A stretch of 32,000 bases of DNA from the NCBI RefSeq assembly GCF_000148385.1, contig NC_014537.1, positions 630,001-662,000 on the forward strand, given 5' to 3'. The notes under the pieces are model-generated. The model was not told where the DNA came from. It made no database searches and saw only the letters and a program-made list of their open reading frames with translations. The position numbers and the translations under genes were made by a program. Below are positions 1 through 11,073 of the stretch, piece by piece (the stretch's first letter is position 1; each line of letters begins with the position of its first letter). This DNA comes from Vulcanisaeta distributa DSM 14429. Its GTDB lineage: Archaea; Thermoproteota; Thermoprotei; Thermoproteales; Thermocladiaceae.

Positions 1-1420
<1,420 letters not shown>

Positions 1421-1478
1421 GGGTGGTGGTTTGGTCAGGGTGGGTGCCACCCAACCCCCTTTGAACACCCCATCCCCA
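1421..1478 (-). other. 16S-23S internal transcribed spacer, ~58 nt, no tRNA
   Basis: This is the gap between the 16S 3' end (GGATCACCTCCTCT) and the start of 23S homology. It is too short to hold a tRNA. It contains the 3' half of the 16S processing stem (see findings). Confidence 0.7.
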
Positions 1479-2992
<1,514 letters not shown>

Positions 2993-3124
2993 TTGGGGAT
3001 GGGGTTTGTTCGGGGGTTGGGTTTGGGTGTGGTTGGGGTTGGATCATCCCCAACCCTCCGCCCGGGCTGTTCCCGGGTGGTTTGGTTGGGGACTCATTGT
3101 GCGGTTGGTTTCCTTGTTTTTGTG

Positions 3125-3140
3125 TTTTATAAGTTTTTTC
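3125..3140 (-). promoter_or_regulatory. Putative rRNA operon promoter (BRE + TATA box)
   Basis: The minus strand reads GAAAAAA-CTTATAAAA (purine-rich BRE plus TATA). It lies ~130 nt upstream of the 16S 5' end and just downstream of the helicase stop codon. A second AT-rich box (AATAATATTACTTT, reverse complement of 3149-3162) could be a tandem promoter. Confidence 0.5.
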
Positions 3141-3159
3141 TTCGTGGGTTAAAGTAATA

Positions 3160-6000
3160 TTATTCGTTCCAGAATGGTTTTGTTTTTTGGTATTGTCGTT
3201 CTGCCTCTAGTATTTGTTGGTAGAGTTCCTGCTCTGTCTTTGCCTTTGGTAGGACTTTCCTGATTGCTGTTGTTGGTCCTACCCCGTGCGCTGCTAGGGC
3301 TATTATGGCTTTTTTGCCGTATTGTAGGACCGCCAGGGCTGTTTGTGTTAGTTCCTGCCACTTCTCCTGCTCTTCCCTCGTTAGTCTTTGGTTTCTCCTC
3401 GCCTTCCTGACTATTTCATAGGTCCTTGCTGGGTCTTCCCCGTACTTCAACACGGCTATCTGCCTCATTCCGCACCTTGGGCATTTGACCTGCTCGGGCA
3501 CGTACTTGACCTTCATTGTTACGTGCCACCCGCAGTTTAGGCATAGTAGTGTTACCTCCCTTTCCTCGATTCTTTTCTTTAGTAGTTGTAGTATTGTGGT
3601 TGTTGGTATTCCCTGGACTGCAGCGTCAATTTTGGCGGCTTGGTTTATGATGTGTTGGGCTATTGGTGTGTACTGTTCCACCTTAATAATCCTCACCGCT
3701 GTTTTGCCCTCCCTAATGCTGTTTATGAGTTGTCTGAGTGGTGTTGGGTTTATTTTCTCGGTGAGTATTTCCCTAATGACTTCCCTGTCCACTACCGTGT
3801 CCCTGAGCGCCGCTGCGAGTCTCTCGATGTTTACGTCGACGGACTCCCTGGGCAATACCCCGAACCTCCTGGCCACGTGTATGAACCTGTACTTGTACAG
3901 CCTCGTGCTTCTCACGGCCTCCCTTAACTCCCCCTCTACGTAGTCTGGGCTTTGGTTTAGGGCTTCGGTTATTGCCTGGGGTGGTATGCTTATTGGTGTT
4001 GTTATGAGTGCCCTGTATGGGTCCGTCACGTAGGTCACGGCAACCCTATACCTCTGCCCAATGTATCTGGCTAGGTATAGGGCCAATGCCTGGTTTCCCT
4101 TGGTTCCTAGGCATGCGTGGATCACGAAGTCCCTACCCCTCCATTCAATGGTTACCGTGTCCGGGAAACCCATGACCCCCGTGCTGACTTGCTGTCTCAA
4201 TTCCTCAATGAGTGGCGTTGGGGCGCCTCCCGCTGGGTACTTGGTCAGTACGGGCGTTGGGTCCTCGCCGTTCGCCACAGCCTTCATCAACTCCTCCCTT
4301 AGCCTGCATACTTCCTGCGCCACTTCCGTTGGTACTGGTATTTCCTCGCCGATCCAGGTGGGCACTGCGTTTAGGACCTGGTTCAGTGGTTCTAGTACGA
4401 CCTCGCTCTTCCCTCGGTCGATACCCACTATCCTCCAGGGCCTGCCCGCCAGTATTATCTGTGTCCCAGGCTCCACGGTTTCCACGAATTCCTCGTCGAG
4501 CTCGCCGATTGCCCTATTCGTTATCATGTCCCTAGCCCTGTAGTGTTTTTGGTCTGGTATCATGGATATGTTCTCGAAGTAGTACCTGTGGAGTCCTCTC
4601 CTTGGTGTTATTGTTCCGTCCTCGTTAACCCTAATGAGTCTGTTGCCCTCCATGAACCTCAGGACCTCCATGAGCTCATCACGCGTCAACCCTCTGTATG
4701 GGTGTGCCCTCCTGACGGTGTCTAGGACGTCGCCCACCGTCAATGCCCTGCCCTCCACCTTGGCCTCAATCACCATGCCAGCGACCTGGTGGTGGAGTAC
4801 GTCGAGCGCCTTTTCGTGGTACTCAACTTCCCGCTCTAGTTCGTTGTTTAGGGCCCTCCTGGCTATTACTAATGATTCTAAGTAGTCGTCTGTGTCCCTG
4901 GTTATTACGTGGCCGATAGCCCTCCTGCCAAGCCTATGCCCGCTCCTGCCGACCCTCTGGATTAGCTTCGTGACCTGCCTAGGGCTTGAGTATTGGATTA
5001 CGGCGTCTACGTGCCCAATGTCTATGCCCAGCTCTAGGCTTGACGTGGTCACCACAGCCCTGACCCTACCACCCCTCAGACCCTCCTCAAGCCCCTCCCT
5101 CTCCTCCCTGTCCAGCGAGCCATGGTAAACACCCACGGCGTTGCTACCGAGAACCCTACCTAGCCTATGCCCCAGTAATTCTGCCTCGTCCCTAGTGTTT
5201 GTGAAGACCAGGGTAGCCCTATGACCACTTACTATCTCGGCTATCCTCCTGACCCTCGCCGCTACCTCGGGCATTGTGCTTAACTCCTCAGCCAGGCCCA
5301 CGTCCTCCTCAGATGCCTCTGGGTACTCGACACTTATCTCCATCTCCCTACTGACGTCCACACTCACCACCTCAACCCACCTACCCACGCCGGCTAGGAA
5401 TTGACCCGCCAGCTCCGTGTTTCCGATGGTTGCCGAGAGCCCGATCCTCTGGTACTCACCGGCTATGTTCACGAGCCTCTCCAGGGCTATGGATAGTTGG
5501 GCGCCCCTCTCGTCATTCATCAACTCATGGAGCTCATCGACCACAACCCACCTAACATTCCTGAGAGCCCTCCTCATACTCCTCATCACGAGTATTACCT
5601 GCAGGGTCTCCGGCGTGGTTATGAGTATGGTGGGTGGCTCCCTAACCTGCCTCCTACGCTCGCTCTCTGGGGTGTCGCCGTGCCTAACCGCCGTGGTTAT
5701 GCCAAGCCTACTGGCTATTTCCCTGAGCCTAATGTTCACGTCCCTATTTAGGGCCCTGGCTGGCGTTATGTATATCGCAGCGACGCCGCCCGTCAAGCCC
5801 TCGCTCAGTATTTTGCTCATTATTGGGAACATGGCTGCCTCGGTCTTGCCGCTGCCCGTGGGTGCGGTGATTAGGACGTTGACGCCACTGAGCACCCTGG
5901 GTATTGCCCTCTCCTGGACCGGCGTTGGCTCTAGGTAGCCGAACCCCTCAATTACATCCACAAGCCTTGGGTGTAGGTGCTCCCTCCAGAAATTGCTCAT
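3160..6000 (-). CDS. lhr: Lhr-type (large helicase-related) ATP-dependent DEAD/DEAH-box helicase with C-terminal zinc ribbon
   Basis: Superfamily-2 helicase motifs are present in order: Q-motif PTPVQ, motif I APTGSGKT, motif II DELH, motif III SAT, motif V TSSLELGIDIG and motif VI QRVGRSGHR. They are followed by a long Lhr-like C-terminal extension and a CxxC...CxxC pair (CLNCG...CPRCG). The ORF is open to a TTG at 6066. The first ATG (6000, MSNFWREHL...) matches typical Lhr N-termini better. Confidence 0.88.
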   Translation of the reverse strand: MSNFWREHLHPRLVDVIEGFGYLEPTPVQERAIPRVLSGVNVLITAPTGSGKTEAAMFPIMSKILSEGLTGGVAAIYITPARALNRDVNIRLREIASRLGITTAVRHGDTPESERRRQVREPPTILITTPETLQVILVMRSMRRALRNVRWVVVDELHELMNDERGAQLSIALERLVNIAGEYQRIGLSATIGNTELAGQFLAGVGRWVEVVSVDVSREMEISVEYPEASEEDVGLAEELSTMPEVAARVRRIAEIVSGHRATLVFTNTRDEAELLGHRLGRVLGSNAVGVYHGSLDREEREGLEEGLRGGRVRAVVTTSSLELGIDIGHVDAVIQYSSPRQVTKLIQRVGRSGHRLGRRAIGHVITRDTDDYLESLVIARRALNNELEREVEYHEKALDVLHHQVAGMVIEAKVEGRALTVGDVLDTVRRAHPYRGLTRDELMEVLRFMEGNRLIRVNEDGTITPRRGLHRYYFENISMIPDQKHYRARDMITNRAIGELDEEFVETVEPGTQIILAGRPWRIVGIDRGKSEVVLEPLNQVLNAVPTWIGEEIPVPTEVAQEVCRLREELMKAVANGEDPTPVLTKYPAGGAPTPLIEELRQQVSTGVMGFPDTVTIEWRGRDFVIHACLGTKGNQALALYLARYIGQRYRVAVTYVTDPYRALITTPISIPPQAITEALNQSPDYVEGELREAVRSTRLYKYRFIHVARRFGVLPRESVDVNIERLAAALRDTVVDREVIREILTEKINPTPLRQLINSIREGKTAVRIIKVEQYTPIAQHIINQAAKIDAAVQGIPTTTILQLLKKRIEEREVTLLCLNCGWHVTMKVKYVPEQVKCPRCGMRQIAVLKYGEDPARTYEIVRKARRNQRLTREEQEKWQELTQTALAVLQYGKKAIIALAAHGVGPTTAIRKVLPKAKTEQELYQQILEAERQYQKTKPFWNE

Positions 6001-6125
6001 TAACGCTTCAGCAAGGGGGTTGGGTTCCCCGGGCTTTATGAGTCTGTCTACCCGCTTCACAGGCAATGCGTTGGTTGGGGCTTATTGGCTGTGTTTAGTG
6101 GGTATTTCAGTGTTCGAGTTTGGCA

Positions 6126-6140
6126 AAAGTAATATAAATA
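6126..6140 (+). promoter_or_regulatory. Putative TATA box for ParA-like gene 1
   Basis: AAAGTAATATAAATA lies 26-40 nt upstream of the ATG at 6166, the spacing expected for a leaderless crenarchaeal transcript. Confidence 0.4.
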
Positions 6141-6165
6141 CTGCCCTGAGACGAACACAATTGAA

Positions 6166-6954
6166 ATGCTGATAGTTGTTACGAGTGGGTCGAAGGGTGG
6201 GACGGGGAAGAGTACGGTTGCCCTTGGCCTATCGGCGATTCTTTCGCTTAGGGGTTTTGGTCATGAGTTGTTTGATTATTCCTGTAGCCTTGGTGTGTGT
6301 ACTGGCGTTTATTACTACCTTAGTGACTTTGTTGATGGCATTAATAGGTTGTCCAAACTGGTTAGGGTTAGGCAGAGGTTGCCGCCCCAGGGTTATGGGG
6401 GGTTGGCGATTGTTGATTTGCCGCCCATGAGCCTTGCCCAGCCCGAGTTTGTTGATTTGTTGGGTAGGGCTGACGTGCTCGTTGTGGTTAGTTCCTACGA
6501 GCCTGACTCCGTGGTCTCCGTGGAGAGGGTTCTCGAGGCCTACCCAGGCAGTAGGGTTGTTAGGGTTTGTAATAGGATGCCCACGGAGGGTTGCAAGCAC
6601 TACCTCAAGGTCACGCCTGAGTCCCCGTTCTTCGTAATTGGGGAGCCCACCAACTTCAGGACGTTCAGTGAGTTGGTTGGTGAGCTTGGGTTCCCTGGCG
6701 AGGGTAGGTTTGAGAGGGTTGGTAGGCAGTTCGTGGTTAATGGAGTTAGGGCTAAGCTCGTGGCCCGTTGGGACCCATACGCCATAGTCGGCGTTGAGGT
6801 TTCGCAGAAGTGGTACTACGCCCTCATGCCCTTCACAAGGCCAATGGAGGACTTGGTGTCCATGGCCCACCAAATGCTCGGCCCAACATACCTATTCAAG
6901 CTGGGCCTCGCGGACAACGCAATAACCAGGTTGTTCAGAGCCATTAAGCACTGA
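6166..6954 (+). CDS. ParA/MinD-family P-loop ATPase (paralogue 1) with ~100-aa C-terminal extension
   Basis: The N-terminus MLIVVTSGSKGGTGKSTVALGL carries the deviant Walker A KGGxGK[ST] with the signature lysine. A Walker B-like LAIVDLPP is present. The C-terminal ~100 aa has no motif I recognise. Confidence 0.8.
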   Translation: MLIVVTSGSKGGTGKSTVALGLSAILSLRGFGHELFDYSCSLGVCTGVYYYLSDFVDGINRLSKLVRVRQRLPPQGYGGLAIVDLPPMSLAQPEFVDLLGRADVLVVVSSYEPDSVVSVERVLEAYPGSRVVRVCNRMPTEGCKHYLKVTPESPFFVIGEPTNFRTFSELVGELGFPGEGRFERVGRQFVVNGVRAKLVARWDPYAIVGVEVSQKWYYALMPFTRPMEDLVSMAHQMLGPTYLFKLGLADNAITRLFRAIKH

Positions 6955-7028
6955 GTTGCACCAGGTTTGGCGCAACGCAGTTTCTACGATGCACAATCCT
7001 AATTAGGCCTTGGGCCATTGATTAACGC

Positions 7029-7388
7029 ATGGCGGTGATACCGAGCTCCGTTAATCCGTACGCCGCGGCTGAATCGGCAATCCAGGGCGTTGTGAGTAGT
7101 ACCGTTGATTTCATGGCCTTCGTGGCCGCAGTACTCATATTAATAACCATAGCGGGCCTAAGCCTCATTGGCTTCCTGGCCCTCGTTCAGTCACTGATTG
7201 GCTACTCACTCATTGAGTGGTCGAGCATTAGGCGCATTATTGGTGCCCTAGTCGCCATGGGCGTGGTCTTCGTCCTACTAATGGGCATATTACCCACCGT
7301 ACTGAACTCTGTGGGTTTGACGGCGATAGCCACAGCCCTTAGCAATTTCATGGCTATGGTGATGAGCCACCTATCATCGCTCATCTAG
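7029..7388 (+). CDS. Small hydrophobic membrane protein (119 aa), unknown function
   Basis: It has a ~25-aa polar N-terminus, then a long hydrophobic helix (FMAFVAAVLILITIAGLSLIGFLALV), a short basic loop (SSIRRI) and a second long hydrophobic stretch. It is co-directional with ParA-like 1 and 75 nt downstream of it. Confidence 0.6.
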   Translation: MAVIPSSVNPYAAAESAIQGVVSSTVDFMAFVAAVLILITIAGLSLIGFLALVQSLIGYSLIEWSSIRRIIGALVAMGVVFVLLMGILPTVLNSVGLTAIATALSNFMAMVMSHLSSLI

Positions 7389-7392
7389 GTCA

Positions 7393-8028
7393 TTACCCGA
7401 GGACTACCTTCATTAAATTCCTGACGTAATTCCTAATCCTCTCCGCAACCTCCAGCTGATTACTGGCGCCCTCCACGTACGGTATCACCACGGTCATGCC
7501 CTCCACCCTTAGGTTCTCCCTGACCATGTTCATGGCGTAGACCATGTGCTTCGTGCCAACCCTCGGTATGGTCCTCCTTATCAACTCCTCCCTCTCCCTG
7601 GTCAGCGGTATTAGTAGCTTGTCCGCAGCCTCTATCGCGCCCATCGTCAGTCCCAGGTTCACGGCACTCATGGTGTCTATCACGAGGTCATCCACACCGT
7701 ACTTACTAACCAGGGTCTTCTCCAACGCCCTAAGCATCCTTTGCACCTCACCTGGTGCTATCTCACTCAATTGCCTCAGCTCCAGGTACTCCCTATGCCT
7801 TATTGGTATGACCACGTTCCCATCCCTCACATACATCATGTACCTGCCACCACGCACGCTATCTATTATGTCCACCCTCGGGTTAAGGCCCAGGAGTAGG
7901 GATAGGGAGCGGTTGTCCGGGCTTAGGTCCATGTACGCCACGTTCTTCGTACTCATTAGTAGGGCCAGCGTTATTGTTGTTTTCCCCACCCCACCAACAT
8001 TGCCGCTTGTGACTGTTATTATCGTCAT
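7393..8028 (-). CDS. ParA/MinD-family ATPase (paralogue 2), atypical Walker A lacking the signature lysine
   Basis: MTIITVTSGNVGGVGKTTITLAL has a P-loop GGVGKT, but the position of the KGG signature lysine reads N-V. Also present are YMDLSPD (the A' Asp) and a Walker B LVIDTMS. The start overlaps the upstream gene's stop by ATGA. Confidence 0.75.
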   Translation of the reverse strand: MTIITVTSGNVGGVGKTTITLALLMSTKNVAYMDLSPDNRSLSLLLGLNPRVDIIDSVRGGRYMMYVRDGNVVIPIRHREYLELRQLSEIAPGEVQRMLRALEKTLVSKYGVDDLVIDTMSAVNLGLTMGAIEAADKLLIPLTREREELIRRTIPRVGTKHMVYAMNMVRENLRVEGMTVVIPYVEGASNQLEVAERIRNYVRNLMKVVLG

Positions 8029-8375
8029 AACCTCCTCCTTAACTCCTCGAGTTTGTTTAGTAAGTTTTCGATCTCGCCCAGGGTTTTCACGATCTCGCTC
8101 AACGTGTTTATGTAGTTCTCTATCGTGGGTTTCATCTGCGTGAGTTTGTCTAGGTCGTTCTTGATACTCATTACCTCCTCAATCCTCCTACTCAGCTCAT
8201 CTATGTAGCTCCTTAGGTCCGTTAGGTTTTGTTGATGGGTCGGTGGTTGGGTATTCACTGCCTGGATTGTGTTTGTGGGTAGTCCGAACTCGTCCTTACC
8301 CTCATCCTCTATCACAAGCTCCTCCTCAATCTCCTCATTACCCGTTAATTTCCTCCTTTTACCCAGCCCGAACAT
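8025..8375 (-). CDS. Small coiled-coil protein (116 aa), acidic N-terminus, unknown function
   Basis: The C-terminal 60 aa has a heptad-like pattern (LRSYIDELSRRIEEVMSIKNDLDKLTQMKPTIENYINTLSEIVKTLGEIENLLNKLEELRRRL). It has a 4-nt ATGA overlap with ParA-like 2. A TATA-like AAACTAATTAAT lies ~25 nt upstream. Confidence 0.6.
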   Translation of the reverse strand: MFGLGKRRKLTGNEEIEEELVIEDEGKDEFGLPTNTIQAVNTQPPTHQQNLTDLRSYIDELSRRIEEVMSIKNDLDKLTQMKPTIENYINTLSEIVKTLGEIENLLNKLEELRRRL

Positions 8376-8451
8376 GATTACTTAACCGAGGCCCTCATTA
8401 ATTAGTTTTACCCCCAAGCAACTTATTAAGGGGGTTTGTTTATGGCTTTTT

Positions 8452-9963
8452 ATGGGCTTGTTTCACAGTCGTTCTGTGGGTGGGGTTGATGGTGAGGTTG
8501 TGTTTAGTCGTAGGGTCTCGTTTCGCGGCTTCCCAAGTACCGTGACCATCTACAGCACTGTCTGGGGTAGTGGCTGCTTTGTTGATGTGGGTGATTCCGT
8601 ACTCCCCGGCATTGACTCCTTTGACCTTGAGTCCTTCGTTGTGAGGTACATGCCTAAGGTTAGGGATGCCGTGATTAGGGGTGTTTCGAGGGGTTTGGGC
8701 TTTGAGGATGCCGTGGTTAACGCCCTTAGGGTTGAAGTCAGTAATTACCTGAGGAGTGCCGGCGTTGATGCCTCTGGCGATGATCTTGATAAGTGGGCAT
8801 CACTCCTGTTTAGGGGGTTGTATAACTACGGTGCCCTGGAGCCCGTGATGGCCGTAGGCGATGAGGTTGGCCTCACCGACATTTACGTAACCCCCAACGC
8901 CAGGGTTCACTTTAAGTTGAGTAGTCTTGGTGATTGCCAGTCGAGTATTGTGCCTAGCACCAGGGAGGTTGAGCTCTTGGTGAGTGTCATTGGCGATAGG
9001 GTTGGGGTCTACCCAACCTATTATAACCCATCCATCGAGGCTTACGATAGGGCCCATAGGCCAATGCTTAGGGTGAGTGTTGATTCATTCGACGTTACGG
9101 ATAGGACCAGGGTGAGTATTAGGGTCTTCCCCACCAGGGCTTGGAAACTAACTGACATGGTTAGGCTGGGCTCCATTGACGCTAGGTTGGCCGCCTACCT
9201 ATGGCTGGCGCTCGAGGTTGGTGTCCCTGTCCTGGTGATTGGGCCCGCGGGCTCTGGGAAGACGAGCATGTCGGCGGCCCTGATGTCCGCGTTGCCACCT
9301 AGCACGGTGATTGCCAAGGTTGAGGATATCGACGAGGTCCTGCTGCCCCAGGAGTTGGTTAGTGATTATGCTGGTGGTGTCATTCCGCTGCTTAGTCGTG
9401 AGGGTCATGGGGCGGGTGTTAGGCCCATACCACTCTTCCAGAGGCTTGTTCATGCGCTTAGGGTTGGTGCTGATTACATATTTGTTAATGAGGTTAGGGG
9501 TCCGGAGGACACGAGGGCGTGGCTCCACGCCATAATGAGTGGGCAGGTGGGTGGTGCAACCACGATGCATGCTGGTGGTGTTGAGGAGGCCATTGTTAGG
9601 CTTAGGGAGTATGGTGTGCCCATTGACTTGGTTAGGTTATTGGTCGTTCTCATGGGTAGGTTCGAGGTTGGTGGTAGGGTTGTTAGGAGGGTTGTGGGTG
9701 TGTGGGTTGTGGATGGTGGTAAGCCCCTGGTTGCCTGGGATGGGGCTTTGCATGAGGATGTCCTGGTTAAGTTCCTGGGTGGGCGTGTTGGTGAGGACTT
9801 CGTGATTAGGGAGGTGGGTGATAGGGAGGCGTTCCTTAGGCATTACTCGGGCTTCGACATTGATGAGACTGAGTGGGTTAGGTTGATAGCCCTGTTCCAC
9901 AGGGCTAGGGACCTGGTCATGCCGAGGGAGGTCAAGAGCGACGTTGTTTTTGATGAGTCCTAA
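8452..9963 (+). CDS. Type II/IV secretion-family ATPase (FlaI/PilB/TadA/VirB11-like, archaeal pilus-assembly type)
   Basis: Four family motifs are present: Walker A VIGPAGSGKTS, Asp box AKVEDIDEV, Walker B IFVNEVRGPED and His box GGATTMHAGG. The N-terminal ~250 aa has the usual G-x-LEP...DIYV pattern of archaeal FlaI-like proteins. The TATA-like ACTTATTAAG (8421-8430) is 22-31 nt upstream of the ATG. Confidence 0.85.
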   Translation: MGLFHSRSVGGVDGEVVFSRRVSFRGFPSTVTIYSTVWGSGCFVDVGDSVLPGIDSFDLESFVVRYMPKVRDAVIRGVSRGLGFEDAVVNALRVEVSNYLRSAGVDASGDDLDKWASLLFRGLYNYGALEPVMAVGDEVGLTDIYVTPNARVHFKLSSLGDCQSSIVPSTREVELLVSVIGDRVGVYPTYYNPSIEAYDRAHRPMLRVSVDSFDVTDRTRVSIRVFPTRAWKLTDMVRLGSIDARLAAYLWLALEVGVPVLVIGPAGSGKTSMSAALMSALPPSTVIAKVEDIDEVLLPQELVSDYAGGVIPLLSREGHGAGVRPIPLFQRLVHALRVGADYIFVNEVRGPEDTRAWLHAIMSGQVGGATTMHAGGVEEAIVRLREYGVPIDLVRLLVVLMGRFEVGGRVVRRVVGVWVVDGGKPLVAWDGALHEDVLVKFLGGRVGEDFVIREVGDREAFLRHYSGFDIDETEWVRLIALFHRARDLVMPREVKSDVVFDES

Positions 9964-10258
9964 CCCTAACCAGTAACTGCCTCGCCAACTCATTAATGTC
10001 GAGTTGATTCGGGTAATTACTAACCAGGACCTCCCTACCAATCCTCAGCGCCCTCCTAACCTCATCATCAACCGCGCCCAAACCCCTCAAAGCCTGCTCC
10101 AGTAGCCTCAACCCATTGCTCACGTAAACCTCCACCGCGCCCCTACTCGGCCTGACACCCCCAACCCCAAGCCTCGGCCTATTACTAATCCTCCTCATGA
10201 GCCTCATGATCTCCTCATCCTCATACTCATTAACGACCTTCCTACGCAGGAACCTCAT
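9932..10258 (-). CDS. Small basic protein (108 aa), possible DNA-binding partner of ParA-like 3
   Basis: The ATG at 10258 overlaps the TGA of the upstream ParA gene (ATGA), which suggests translational coupling. The protein is Arg-rich (MRFLRRKVV..., ...RVRTHQKQRRS). Its 3' end overlaps the convergent ATPase gene by 32 nt. The ORF track starts it at a TTG at 10270. Confidence 0.5.
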   Translation of the reverse strand: MRFLRRKVVNEYEDEEIMRLMRRISNRPRLGVGGVRPSRGAVEVYVSNGLRLLEQALRGLGAVDDEVRRALRIGREVLVSNYPNQLDINELARQLLVRVRTHQKQRRS

Positions 10259-11034
10259 GGGCTCACCCAAACCCTCTCCGCATTCAACCTCTCCAGCAAC
10301 GCCGCCAACTCATCAATCGCCCTCCTGAACTGACCCAGCCCCGGGTCCTTGACCAGGTAGGGTATTGAGCCCAGTCGCCACGCAGCCTCAATCGCCGGGT
10401 TCCTGAGTATCTTCACCACGTTCTTAACACCAATGTCTAGGTTACCCCTTATACTCGATAACTTATTCAACACCACAACCCCCTCCCTACCTGGGACTAC
10501 CGCCGACGCGTACTCAAGCATGCTACCGAGCCACCCCATGCCGCCTGGCTCGTCCGTGGCCACCAGCGTTATCACGTCGGCACTACCCACCAGCGAGGTT
10601 ATGAGCCCTGGGTTCAGTGCTGGTGATAGGGCCGGTGTGTCTATTAGTATGAAGTTGGGCTTAACCCTGTAATTGCCTATCCCCTTAATTAGTGATGAGA
10701 CCCTCGAGCTCAGGACCGCAGTGCTCGGTAATGCACTGTATGGGTTTGTGATGGGTGATGCGCCAGGTGGTATGACCTTTATATTCCCCACAACCCCATC
10801 CTCAATGAATGCCGTAGAGACCTTAACGGTCTTCGTAACCCCCATAATGTACGTCAAAGCCCCATTAACACTACCCGGGTTGTTCACGCCTAAGACCTTG
10901 GATGCGGTGGCGTTTGGGTCCAGGTCAATGAGCCAGGTCCTGTACCCCCTCATCGCCAGTGCCGTGGCTAGGCTCGTGATTATCAATGTCTTACCAACAC
11001 CACCCTTCTGGCTTAGGAACAATACAGTCAACAC
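10255..11034 (-). CDS. ParA/MinD-family ATPase (paralogue 3)
   Basis: MLTVLFLSQKGGVGKTLIITSLATALAMRG carries a canonical deviant Walker A. Also present are LIDLDPNATAS (A' motif) and a Walker B ILIDTPA. Confidence 0.85.
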   Translation of the reverse strand: MLTVLFLSQKGGVGKTLIITSLATALAMRGYRTWLIDLDPNATASKVLGVNNPGSVNGALTYIMGVTKTVKVSTAFIEDGVVGNIKVIPPGASPITNPYSALPSTAVLSSRVSSLIKGIGNYRVKPNFILIDTPALSPALNPGLITSLVGSADVITLVATDEPGGMGWLGSMLEYASAVVPGREGVVVLNKLSSIRGNLDIGVKNVVKILRNPAIEAAWRLGSIPYLVKDPGLGQFRRAIDELAALLERLNAERVWVSP

Positions 11035-11073
11035 AGGTCTTAACTACGCATGGCATTATTAAGGCTTTACCCA

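Noticed and set aside
3151-3160. The 10-mer AAAGTAATAT is shared between the helicase/rRNA junction (3151-3160) and the ParA-like 1 promoter (6126-6135)
   Set aside because: It is a short AT-rich string of the kind expected in any archaeal TATA region. One repeat of 10 nt in 32 kb of AT-rich intergenic DNA is not significant.
6229-6873. 214-aa ORF antisense to ParA-like 1. Similar antisense ORFs occur at 7544-8143, 3485-3943, 4061-4543, 5417-5938, 10673-11062, 13143-13541, 17233-17628 and 31110-31646.
   Set aside because: Each is fully contained in, and antisense to, a gene with clear family motifs. Their compositions (Ser/Leu/Pro/Thr-rich, no motifs) are typical of shadow ORFs.
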